Assembly: GCA_965200155.1 (NCBI GenBank)
Contig: CBDATR010000031.1
Location: 11,321-43,320, forward strand
Direction of reading: 5' to 3'
DNA length: 32,000 nt
DNA from: Nitrosopumilaceae archaeon
GTDB taxonomy: Archaea > Thermoproteota > Nitrososphaeria > Nitrososphaerales > Nitrosopumilaceae
Shown here piece after piece: positions 1-7,634 of the stretch. A program made the translations under genes and the position numbers. The notes below the pieces were generated by a model. That model worked only from the letters and a program-made list of their open reading frames with translations. It was not told the origin of the DNA and ran no database searches. Every line of letters starts with the position of its first letter. Within the stretch, counting starts at the first letter, position 1.

Positions 1-84
1 TCACCTGTGTCTAAATTTACGCACAACTGATCGCGACAGTTAATGTAATTTGTGTATAAGATTCCGGAAGACGTGAACTCATAC
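1..84 (-). mobile_element. MITE-1 copy, cut by the window edge (orientation B)
   Basis: Matches the 92-bp consensus gtatgagttcacgtcttccggaatcttgtgcacaaatcacattaactgtcgcgatcagttgtgcgtaaatttagacacaggtgaactcatac in reverse complement. It ends with gtgaactcatac at 73-84. For all MITE-1 features, '+' means the consensus as written lies on the + strand. Confidence 0.9.
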
Positions 85-1033
85 GAATTAATACCAGCCA
101 GAATAGAGGAGACCCTTCATGTGATAGAAATGGCCACATGTATGTGCGGCAAAAAACAACTGGCTTCAGCAGCGGGCGTCCCAGAGAGTGGTGGTTTTGA
201 GATGTGGTGCCATCACTGCATTGCGTGCGGAAAAGATTCCAATAAAATGCGTACCTGTAATTTCGAGGGATCTCTTCGGCCTGAATATATCGGTGGGTGC
301 GGTAAACAACATAATTGCCAGGGCCGCCGATGCATGTGAATCATTTATGGAAACAATTTATGAGAATATAATAAAATCACCCAGCATTCATGTGGACGAA
401 ACTGGTATATCACTGGCGGGTAAGCGTGGCTGGATATGGGGGATGCGGGCCGAAGAGTGGATGATATACAAAAGTAGGAGTTCATATGTAGTGGACAAAT
501 ACCTGAACGGTCACAATGGAGCGATAGTAACGGACAGGTACGTTGTGTATCGCCGGTTTGATGACGGTGGGAAGCACCATCTGGGCGCATTTATTGCGCG
601 ATACCAGTATATTACATGCAGGATTCTATATTGATCCCGGTGCTCAGGACGCCCGGATCAAACTTGACAACGACCTGAAAGGATTGTTCCGGAGCGCACG
701 TGAATCGCTGCGGGCCGTCCGCGCAATTACGACACTCATTTGAGGCAGGAGCAGATGCATCAGTATTATGATGTTGATGATGCTGAACTACAAAAGAAGG
801 TAAAAGGATTGAATAAGGCCATACCAGGCATGTTCGTATTCCTAGAATATGACGGTGTGGAGCCGACCAACAATCCAGCGGAGCAGTGGAACCGGTTCTG
901 ATACGCAGTGGTATTCCGTAAGATTAGTGGCCAGATAAAGGGTGTAATGCGCCGCATGTCCACATGTGTTCAGAGATGGCGGGCTCAGGGCCTTTCTGTA
1001 ATGAACGAGGTTGCTGCCAGAATGCAATTATAA
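85..1033 (+). pseudogene. IS66-family transposase, multiply frameshifted
   Basis: Three overlapping ORFs (52-339, 188-634, 543-743) together rebuild one IS66-type sequence: HVDETGISLAGKRGWIWG, DRYVVYRRF, WAHLLRD. The C-terminal FLEYDGVEPTNNPAEQ...RKISGQIKG segment lies in yet another frame and contains an in-frame TGA. Confidence 0.8.
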
Positions 1034-1090
1034 TTAAAAAACTGGGATGCATTCTATCTTATTATGTGATCAAAACACGTGAACTCATAC
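85..1090 (+). mobile_element. IS66-family element, copy 1: right two-thirds only, N-terminal part missing beyond MITE-1
   Basis: About 90% nucleotide and protein identity to the 26288-27981 element from ELIPA(R/K)IEETLHVIEMA onward. Ends in the terminal repeat tgatcaaaacacgtgaactcatac at 1067-1090. It is inserted into the 3' tail of IS-A copy 1. Confidence 0.85.
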
Positions 1091-1118
1091 AAATGGTTAC
1101 CACAAAACCCATTAATTT

Positions 1119-1210
1119 GTATGAGTTCACCTATGTCTAAATTTACGCATAACTGATCGCGACAGTTAATGTGATTTGTGTACAAGATTCCGGAAGACAT
1201 GAACTCATAC
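1119..1210 (-). mobile_element. MITE-1 copy with 8-bp TSD attaattt
   Basis: Full 92-bp match. attaattt occurs at 1111-1118 and again at 1211-1218. This is the same site and relative orientation within the IS-A tail as the copy at 29492. Confidence 0.95.
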
Positions 1211-1264
1211 ATTAATTTAGTGGATTTTCTGATAAGTAATATTCGAATTATAATAACACGGAAA

Positions 1265-2062
1265 TTATGGACAGATATTTTTCAAGAATTTCTTGTACCT
1301 GGTATGCTTGTGTATAATGTGTAAATTATGCAACCCGGATACTACGAGATCTTCCCGGAATTCCTCACGACTACCATCATATACCTGACTTAATCTACGA
1401 TATACCTTTGGCATTCGAATTACATGCTCGATTAATATGCGCCTTTTTGATACATATTGGTTGTATTTCCTTTCAGTTTTAGTGAGTGATTCCCTACCCC
1501 TGTATGGAATTATGACCTTTGCGCCGGGTAGGAAGTCTTTCATACCCTGGTATCCTGCATCTGCTATTACTGTTATCTTCTCAGATGGCAGCGTGGTTGA
1601 TTCTTTTAGGGACTTGCCACCGAGGGGAATATCATTCTTGAATATACCATAATCGTGTCTTTTTCCCTCATATACTCCACTGACGTGAATTATCAGTCTT
1701 TTCTTGTTTGATGTTATCTGTACGTTATACGTGTGGGTTTTTTGTTTACCAGAGTACATTGCCTCCTGATTTTTTTCAGGACGTTGTACGCGTACATGTG
1801 TCCCGTCAGTCTTTATCTCCCCTCCGGCTCGACCGGGAACAATTTCCTTAAAGTCGGGTGTTGACTTGATTTGTGATATTGCTTTTGCAACGGTATCGGC
1901 CGTTGGAAGTATCTTGATCAGTCCCTGCTTTGTAAACTGGATGTAACGGCATATGTTTGACTGGTTTATCTTGAGTATTGTAGCAAGAAGCTCCTGCTTT
2001 GTGTTGCAGCGCAGGCGTATCAGTGTAACTAAGAGTACATGCCTAATGGGAAATTTGTTCAT
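1265..2062 (-). CDS. DDE_Tnp_4-type transposase of IS-A (265-aa ORF); the frame stays open upstream to about 2300 and the N-terminus is disrupted
   Basis: DGTHV..., GKRHDYGIF and VIADAGYQG blocks plus KRRILIEHV are typical of DDE_Tnp_4/Harbinger-like transposases. The upstream open frame is broken by a 19-bp tandem duplication at 2294-2333. Confidence 0.75.
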   Translation of the reverse strand: MNKFPIRHVLLVTLIRLRCNTKQELLATILKINQSNICRYIQFTKQGLIKILPTADTVAKAISQIKSTPDFKEIVPGRAGGEIKTDGTHVRVQRPEKNQEAMYSGKQKTHTYNVQITSNKKRLIIHVSGVYEGKRHDYGIFKNDIPLGGKSLKESTTLPSEKITVIADAGYQGMKDFLPGAKVIIPYRGRESLTKTERKYNQYVSKRRILIEHVIRMPKVYRRLSQVYDGSREEFREDLVVSGLHNLHIIHKHTRYKKFLKNICP

Positions 2063-2530
2063 GTGGCCACGATCATTTGTAAGTTCTAAGAATCGCCGTG
2101 CATCATCGCCTTCCAGGGACTCTACGTATTCTGTGAATGTGGTTAGTATCCATTTGAACTCTTCCGGGGTGCATCCGGTCAGGGAATGAAGCTGATCCTT
2201 GCGTTCTATGATGTCATCAAGATTTGAAACGAGGGCATTCTTTGTTTGAGCTTCAAGTTTGCCACGCAGGTTTGTTACTTCGGCCTCGGACTCGGTGTGT
2301 AGCCGGTTGTACTCGGTGTAGCCGGTTGTACTCTGTGACTAACTGCTCCTTGGTGAGTTCTGCTTTTAGCATATCTGGTATTACAAAATTAGGTCTTAAC
2401 TTTTCTGTTTCACACGAGTCTGTGTGGGAAAACCCATGATACTAGGTCAATTACTCGTATCTAACAACTTGGTTTAGACGTGCAGTGTGGGAGAAGTGAT
2501 TCTGCGCATACGGTCTAATGCACCATTTTT

Positions 2531-2622
2531 GTATGAGTTCACGTCTTCCGGAATCTTGTGCACAAATCACATTAACTGTCGCGATCAGTTGTGCGTAAAT
2601 TTAGACACAGGTGAACTCATAC
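2531..2622 (+). mobile_element. MITE-1 copy with 8-bp TSD ccattttt
   Basis: Full 92-bp match. ccattttt flanks both ends (2523-2530 and 2623-2630). Confidence 0.95.
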
Positions 2623-2736
2623 CCATTTTTTTCACTTGAATCCATGTACCTACTTCTTTACAGCACCACCTTATCATAGATGCGTAACGACAGAGCATGA
2701 TTGGATTGCGCCGGGATAGGGACTCGTATGTGGCTA

Positions 2737-2931
2737 CTATGACTTGTCCTTGTAGTCCTTGAGTTCCTTCTCGCCTTCTATCTTGCCCTTTTCAAACTCT
2801 CCCTTGGCCTTACCAAAGGTGCGGGCCAGCTCCGGTATCTTGCGGGCGCCAAATATGAGTACCACTACTACAACAATGAGTATTATCCACTCCTGACCGG
2901 CAATAAACTGCGCCAAGGCACCAAGCATCAA
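2737..2931 (-). CDS. tatA: Sec-independent translocase subunit TatA/E
   Basis: 64 aa with one N-terminal TM helix (WIILIVVVVVLIFG), then the amphipathic ARKIPELARTFGKAKGEFEKG motif. Sits directly downstream of tatC. Confidence 0.85.
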   Translation of the reverse strand: MMLGALAQFIAGQEWIILIVVVVVLIFGARKIPELARTFGKAKGEFEKGKIEGEKELKDYKDKS

Positions 2932-2955
2932 TCTATCATAGACGTCTCATTGAAT

Positions 2956-3732
2956 TTAAATCTTTGATTTTCGCTCTATTACTGCTAGCCCAATTCCATA
3001 CAATGCTAACATGGGCAGTGCGACAAACCACATGGTTATGCCGCTACCATCCGGCGTCACCGCGGCACCAAATATCACTATTATCACTACTGCATACCTG
3101 ATATTCTTGCGCCAAAATTTGGCATCGGTAAAGCCCGCGTATGTAATGGCATACATTACGAGTGGCAGCTGAAAGGACAGGCCAAAAGCCAGGAGAAACT
3201 GTAGTACAAAGGTCACAAAGTCCATTATGTTAAGGAATGTAATCAGACCCGCAGCATCGCCAAATTGGTAGAAGAATTGCAGTATGAATGGCACCACCAC
3301 GATATACGAAAAGACGCACCCCACAACAAAGAGTCCCAATGCAGGCAGGGTGATGGAGCGGGTCGCGTGAATCTCCGCGTCTCTCAGGGCAGGTGTAATG
3401 AATGCCACTGCTTCCCGTATAATTACTGGTATGCTGGCTACTATACCCAGTAATATGGCGATATACACCTGAGAGAAGAAGGCTTGGCCCGGTGCCGTCT
3501 GTATAAGATCAACGCCTGGCGGCACCAGCTGTGCACTCATATGCACGGTTAGCTGTGCGGCCACATTGTCCAGGGGATCCATGACCGGATAGTACAGGGG
3601 AATGCCCCACAGCGAGATGGGTTCTAGGTGCACGCTCATGGTAAAGATGGTGATGGCTGCCACTGCCACGGCTACCCGGAGTATACGACGCCGCAACTCC
3701 TCAAAGTGTGTACCAAAACTGTCAATGGACAT
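2956..3732 (-). CDS. tatC: Sec-independent translocase subunit TatC
   Basis: 258-aa polytopic membrane protein. The N-terminal HFEELRRRIL motif and six hydrophobic segments are typical of TatC. Adjacent to tatA. Confidence 0.9.
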   Translation of the reverse strand: MSIDSFGTHFEELRRRILRVAVAVAAITIFTMSVHLEPISLWGIPLYYPVMDPLDNVAAQLTVHMSAQLVPPGVDLIQTAPGQAFFSQVYIAILLGIVASIPVIIREAVAFITPALRDAEIHATRSITLPALGLFVVGCVFSYIVVVPFILQFFYQFGDAAGLITFLNIMDFVTFVLQFLLAFGLSFQLPLVMYAITYAGFTDAKFWRKNIRYAVVIIVIFGAAVTPDGSGITMWFVALPMLALYGIGLAVIERKSKI

Positions 3733-3762
3733 GATCTGCTGATGTCTGGAATCTTGTCTTTA

Positions 3763-4251
3763 TTATTTGCCCGGAATTGGCAACAATTTGGAGTCTGGCA
3801 GTCCCGCGGCGCGCATGTCATCCTGGCTCATGCCCTCAAACTCCAACGTTATTGTAGGTACGGTATCAAAGGTCTCTGCCATGGAGCGTGCCAGCTCCGC
3901 TATACCTGCGGGATCAAAGAATACCTTGGAGTCTGCCAGAAAGACACGATCTCCCTTGACGGTCTCCTTTCCACCATACCGTTCCCGAAGGTGTCGTGTT
4001 ATCTTTGGCAGTTCCTTGGAGGATATGTGATTGTGATAGTATACGAGTCCGTGAACCGGAGTATAGTCCAGGGGTGTACCGTGGCGATAAGTAAAGATTC
4101 CTATGAATATGGCCTCATCCTCAGGCATTCTTACGCATTTTATGTCCCAGTTTAGCAGTTTGCCTGGATCATATGTGAGATTGTCCATATCATCCGGTGT
4201 CATCTTCCAGTATCGTGCCCTTGCCATATGTTGGTATACAAGTTCGTGCAT
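3763..4251 (-). CDS. Hypothetical protein (about 163 aa; start placed at MHELVYQHM)
   Basis: A long ORF runs 3763-4377. The upstream 42 codons overlap purS on the opposite strand and look non-coding, so an internal ATG at 4251 was chosen. I recognise no family. Confidence 0.5.
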   Translation of the reverse strand: MHELVYQHMARARYWKMTPDDMDNLTYDPGKLLNWDIKCVRMPEDEAIFIGIFTYRHGTPLDYTPVHGLVYYHNHISSKELPKITRHLRERYGGKETVKGDRVFLADSKVFFDPAGIAELARSMAETFDTVPTITLEFEGMSQDDMRAAGLPDSKLLPIPGK

Positions 4252-4294
4252 ATAAAATCCATGGCACAATACAAATATTGAATCATGGTTATTT

Positions 4295-4555
4295 TTGCTT
4301 GTGGAAACCTTTGATGTACTGGTAACAATAGAGAACAAGCCTTCCATAAGTGACCCCGAGGGACAGACCATTCTCAATGACCTTGTTCAGCGGGAGGGTA
4401 CCACTAACATTACACAGATACGGTGTTCCAAGAACCTCAAGTTTACCATATCTTCTGAGAGCCATGATGCCGCTATGGAAGAGGTGCGCCGCATATGTGA
4501 GGAAATGCGCATATACAACCCGCTGGTGAGTCATATACATGTGGTAAAAGTCTAG
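4295..4555 (+). CDS. purS: Phosphoribosylformylglycinamidine synthase subunit PurS
   Basis: 86 aa. V-I-NKPSISDPEGQTILNDL...IRCSKNLKF is the characteristic PurS pattern and size. Confidence 0.8.
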   Translation: MLVETFDVLVTIENKPSISDPEGQTILNDLVQREGTTNITQIRCSKNLKFTISSESHDAAMEEVRRICEEMRIYNPLVSHIHVVKV

Positions 4556-4965
4556 TCAGATTTGGCTATGGTCCCATCAATGAGAAGCTTGTTTCGCAGG
4601 AAGCCCGCTAGGTCCGTCTGGGTTATGACGCCCACTAGTCTACCATTCTCCAGCACCACCAGCCGTCTTATGCGCGCATTCATCATCTTTTGGACTGCCA
4701 CCTCTATCTTTGTGGAGGGTTCCGCAGAGAGAAATGTGGTTGACTGAATTTCTGATACCGAAAACTCTGAAGCCTGTCTGTCTTCCGCGGCTATCTTTCG
4801 AACTATGTCCCGCTCGGTGACTATTCCCAGCGGTATATCCTTGTCTGATATTGTAACTACAAAACTGATATCCTTATCCCGCAACAAGCGGGCCGCGTCC
4901 AGTGCAGAACTGTCTGCCGATATGGTAACTACATTTTGGCCCATTATATCCCGAACACGTGTCAT
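4552..4965 (-). CDS. CBS domain pair protein
   Basis: 137 aa with two CBS-like repeats (VRDIMGQNVVTISADSSALDAARLL..., IVTERDIVRKI, RRLVVLENGRLVGVITQTDL). Confidence 0.8.
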   Translation of the reverse strand: MTRVRDIMGQNVVTISADSSALDAARLLRDKDISFVVTISDKDIPLGIVTERDIVRKIAAEDRQASEFSVSEIQSTTFLSAEPSTKIEVAVQKMMNARIRRLVVLENGRLVGVITQTDLAGFLRNKLLIDGTIAKSD

Positions 4966-5077
4966 AAGTGAGACTATTTGTGACTCCTAAAATATGTTAA
5001 CAGGGTTTGCCGCTCATAATTGCGATTTGTGTCTCTTACTCAAATTATTATGACTCGTCATAGGGTGACTCGTGCAG

Positions 5078-5500
5078 TTACTTGCTGACAGGTGTTGATT
5101 GTGGAGGGTAACCGTGATCATTCAGTATATCCAGTATCTTTTTGGGTAGGGAACAGTAGTCTGCTCCGGGTTCTGCTACCACGTACAGTATGTCATCATC
5201 GAGTCGAAAACTGATTGTAACCGCAAAGCGCCGTGATGCCATGGCAAAGTTGACCGGGCCCAGTTGCCTGTCGAACTCCCGTCGCATGCGCACGCGGAGG
5301 GCCAGCTCCATGAACAGTACCTCATCATCCTTCTCGGTTTCGAGTGGTTTTACGCCTTTCCGCATACCTCCTGCAACCAGTCGCCCGCGCTCATTTATCA
5401 CTCCGGCAAAGCGTATGTCTGGGTCTAAATCCATAACCTTGTTGCACAAACCCGAATGTTGGGACAATTTTGCTGCCAAACCAAACCGTTCTGAGGACAT
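5078..5500 (-). CDS. Conserved hypothetical small protein, paralog of 13648-14037 (possibly Roadblock/LC7-like fold; inference)
   Basis: 140 aa. Shares IRFAGVINERGRLVAGGMRKGVKPL with IRYVGAINKYGRTLAGFIRTGASPL in the paralog, with the same overall length and layout. Confidence 0.6.
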   Translation of the reverse strand: MSSERFGLAAKLSQHSGLCNKVMDLDPDIRFAGVINERGRLVAGGMRKGVKPLETEKDDEVLFMELALRVRMRREFDRQLGPVNFAMASRRFAVTISFRLDDDILYVVAEPGADYCSLPKKILDILNDHGYPPQSTPVSK

Positions 5501-5531
5501 CCTATTATTAGATTTAACTGAGTTGTGGCCG

Positions 5532-5546
5532 GTAACCGTTTAGGTC
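5532..5546. repeat. Solo MITE-2 terminal repeat (gtaaccgtttaggtc)
   Basis: Exact 15-nt match to the left terminus of MITE-2, 32 bp upstream of the start of the 5078-5500 gene. No partner end lies within normal MITE-2 distance. Confidence 0.6.
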
Positions 5547-5592
5547 GCACCATGCCTTAACCATATGTCCTGATTAATCCAATACATGCCAT

Positions 5593-5959
5593 ATGGAAGA
5601 CCCAGAGGTTGAGATTCTGCGGGACAAGTTAGCCAAGGCCATGGCTGAATACAAAAGAAACATCAAGATCAATGAAGAGAAAGATGTGACTATCCGCAGA
5701 TTGTTTGAGTGTAGTCAAAGTATGTGTGGTAAAGACACTGTTAGAATGTATGAGTTCACCTGTGTCTAAATTTACGCATAACTGATCGCGACAGTTAATG
5801 TGATTTGTGCATAAGATTCCGGAAGACGTGAACTCATACGTTAGAATGTCTAAAAAACTTGTGCAGGATGTGTCACGTATTTAGATCCGACTACAAAAAA
5901 ACACAAAGCGTGTTGAAAGAATTTGAAGAAAAAACCCGTCGCATGCTCAGACTTATGAA
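5593..5959 (+). pseudogene. Degraded small coiled-coil ORF hit by MITE-1, a frameshift and an IS-A terminus
   Basis: MEDPEVEILRDKLAKAMAEYKRNIKINEEKD...GKDTVRM is interrupted at 5748 by MITE-1. The frame resumes after the TSD (SKKLVQDVSRI), then needs a frameshift (FRSDYKKTQSVLKEFEEKTRRMLRLMN), and ends at the IS-A terminus at 5960. Confidence 0.35.
5748..5839 (-). mobile_element. MITE-1 copy with 8-bp TSD gttagaat
   Basis: Full 92-bp match. gttagaat occurs at 5740-5747 and 5840-5847. Confidence 0.95.
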
Positions 5960-6122
5960 TAGACCTTATGCGCATGATTGACAGTAACAGCCCATGTTGC
6001 TTCAAACTGGGGTGTATTTTATTGCACACAATCAGTCAAGCATGAACAATGTGAATGGTACCTGCCAGCACTAACGTATGCCGTGATTACAAATGCCGTG
6101 CAGTGAGGCGACCGGATCTTGG
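5960..6122 (-). mobile_element. IS-A 3'-terminal fragment (about 163 bp)
   Basis: tagaccttatgcgcatgattgacagtaacagcccatgttgcttcaaactgggg... matches 25897-26060 and the reverse complement of 29290-29457 and 29640-29812. It is cut off at the MITE-2 copy beginning at 6124. Confidence 0.8.
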
Positions 6123-6123
6123 T

Positions 6124-6265
6124 GTAACAGTTTAGGTCACTCCTAGACAACCGCTCAAAATACACCGCGAACATATCCATTCTTGCCTTTTCTATCATAA
6201 TGTCTCACATATGCCCCCGTATTTATCGTCTAGATGTCTGATTTTTACGCGACCTAAACGGTTAC
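6124..6265 (+). mobile_element. MITE-2 copy (142 bp), followed by an extra right-end repeat at 6273-6289
   Basis: Termini are gtaacagtttaggtc ... gacctaaacggttac. The interior aligns with 13039-13164 and, in reverse complement, with 31052-31394. A second gtgacctaaacggttac lies at 6273-6289. Confidence 0.8.
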
Positions 6266-6475
6266 GTCGGAAGTGACCTAAACGGTTACGTTAGCCCTCA
6301 TACTGGTGGCAGCTCACACTACGCGCAAGCATTACGGTGCATCACAATATGCTTCAAACTAGGCACCATGAGTTCGTACAAGGAATATGAAATCATACGT
6401 ACTGCCCAGACATATTGTACTGAGAGAATGGTGTCATCCATAAGTCAGACTATACCGTCGGCAAAGGCTCAGCAT

Positions 6476-7576
6476 TTACTGCGTCAGTCTTTTTAGGAGT
6501 GCGTCAAACTCCTGCTCGAAGAGTGGGGGCTCATTCATGATCCGGGTATTCTCCTGTACGTGTGCGGAGCTTTTGTGGCCTGCCAGCGGTGCTAGAACAC
6601 CGGGAGTGGAGCGGACAAATTGCAATGCCCGCATGGCGGCAGTACCCGTTCCAAACTGCGGCAACACGTTTGGTGCCAACAGACGACCCTGCATGAACGG
6701 AACGCTAGTAAACACTCCCAAATCCATCTTTCTTGCCGCCTCCAGGAATGGCACTATATCACCATTAATTGCCTGTGTGGGCTTGCGCAGTGCCTCGTCC
6801 AGGTACATATTATAAGGAAGCTGCACAAAACGGAACCCATGATTTATTCCTGCTGCCTCCCTGGCCATCCCAAGTACCTCCTCTATGGAAAGGTATTGTG
6901 GATCCCCGGCCTCCACCCGAAAGCAGTCCCATGTAGCCATGCCATAATACTTAATGTGGCCGGCGCGACGCTGCTCCTCGTACCATCCAATTATGTCCCG
7001 GAGTCTGGCACGCAGCTCTTTTCCTGAGACATCCTTGTGCTGACCCTCTACAACATTATGCAGGTACATCAGGTCTATACAGTCTACCCCCAGGTTCTGC
7101 AGGCTCTGCTCCAGCTGCGCCCGGAGAAAAGGTATACTCATGCAGTGATAACCGGACGAAATGTCGTTATCTTGTATTATTCCGCGCTTAACATAATTCT
7201 CCCTGATATATGCCCAAAAATCCAGGGGGGAATCCGCATCATTTGTTACATAGCCGTGCTTGGTGCATAGAAATATCTGATCCCGCGATACCATGCCATC
7301 CTGTATCATCCTGGATATGGCCGCGCCCACCGCGCGCTCGGATTTTTGTGCCCGATAGTTTATTGCCGTATCAATTACATTTATGCCCGCTCTCACAGAA
7401 TCTATCACCGCCTGCGTCATCATTTCATCGGTAGTGGCATCCGGCTCCCCAAGGTACGTTCCAACCCCTACATTGGAGAGTGTTAAACCATCAAACTGGC
7501 GATAATTGAGCATATGCGCAGTGGATCTCTCCTGAAATGATCTTGTGCCCTGAGCCGTAGCATAATTTTGTGCCAT
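6476..7576 (-). CDS. Aldo/keto reductase family oxidoreductase
   Basis: 366 aa. GVGTYLG, VIDTAINYR, LCTKHGY and IDLMYLHN blocks match the AKR catalytic D-Y-K-H layout. Confidence 0.8.
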   Translation of the reverse strand: MAQNYATAQGTRSFQERSTAHMLNYRQFDGLTLSNVGVGTYLGEPDATTDEMMTQAVIDSVRAGINVIDTAINYRAQKSERAVGAAISRMIQDGMVSRDQIFLCTKHGYVTNDADSPLDFWAYIRENYVKRGIIQDNDISSGYHCMSIPFLRAQLEQSLQNLGVDCIDLMYLHNVVEGQHKDVSGKELRARLRDIIGWYEEQRRAGHIKYYGMATWDCFRVEAGDPQYLSIEEVLGMAREAAGINHGFRFVQLPYNMYLDEALRKPTQAINGDIVPFLEAARKMDLGVFTSVPFMQGRLLAPNVLPQFGTGTAAMRALQFVRSTPGVLAPLAGHKSSAHVQENTRIMNEPPLFEQEFDALLKRLTQ

Positions 7577-7634
7577 TACTGTACCAGTAATTGTTAGTGA
7601 CCATTATATTCCTGCCCTTTTGGAGCGGGACCCC

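Larger units (their letters stand above)
1091..2517 (-). mobile_element. IS-A (DDE_Tnp_4 / IS5-Harbinger-like IS), copy 1; its 3' tail is interrupted by the IS66-like element
   Basis: The 5' terminus tagaccgtatgcgcagaatcac (reverse complement) ends at 2517. It is an imperfect inverted repeat of the 3' terminus tagaccttatgcgcatgattgac seen at 5960, 25897, 29457 and 29812. The body is repeated at 25897-26287 and 28486-29812. Confidence 0.75.
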
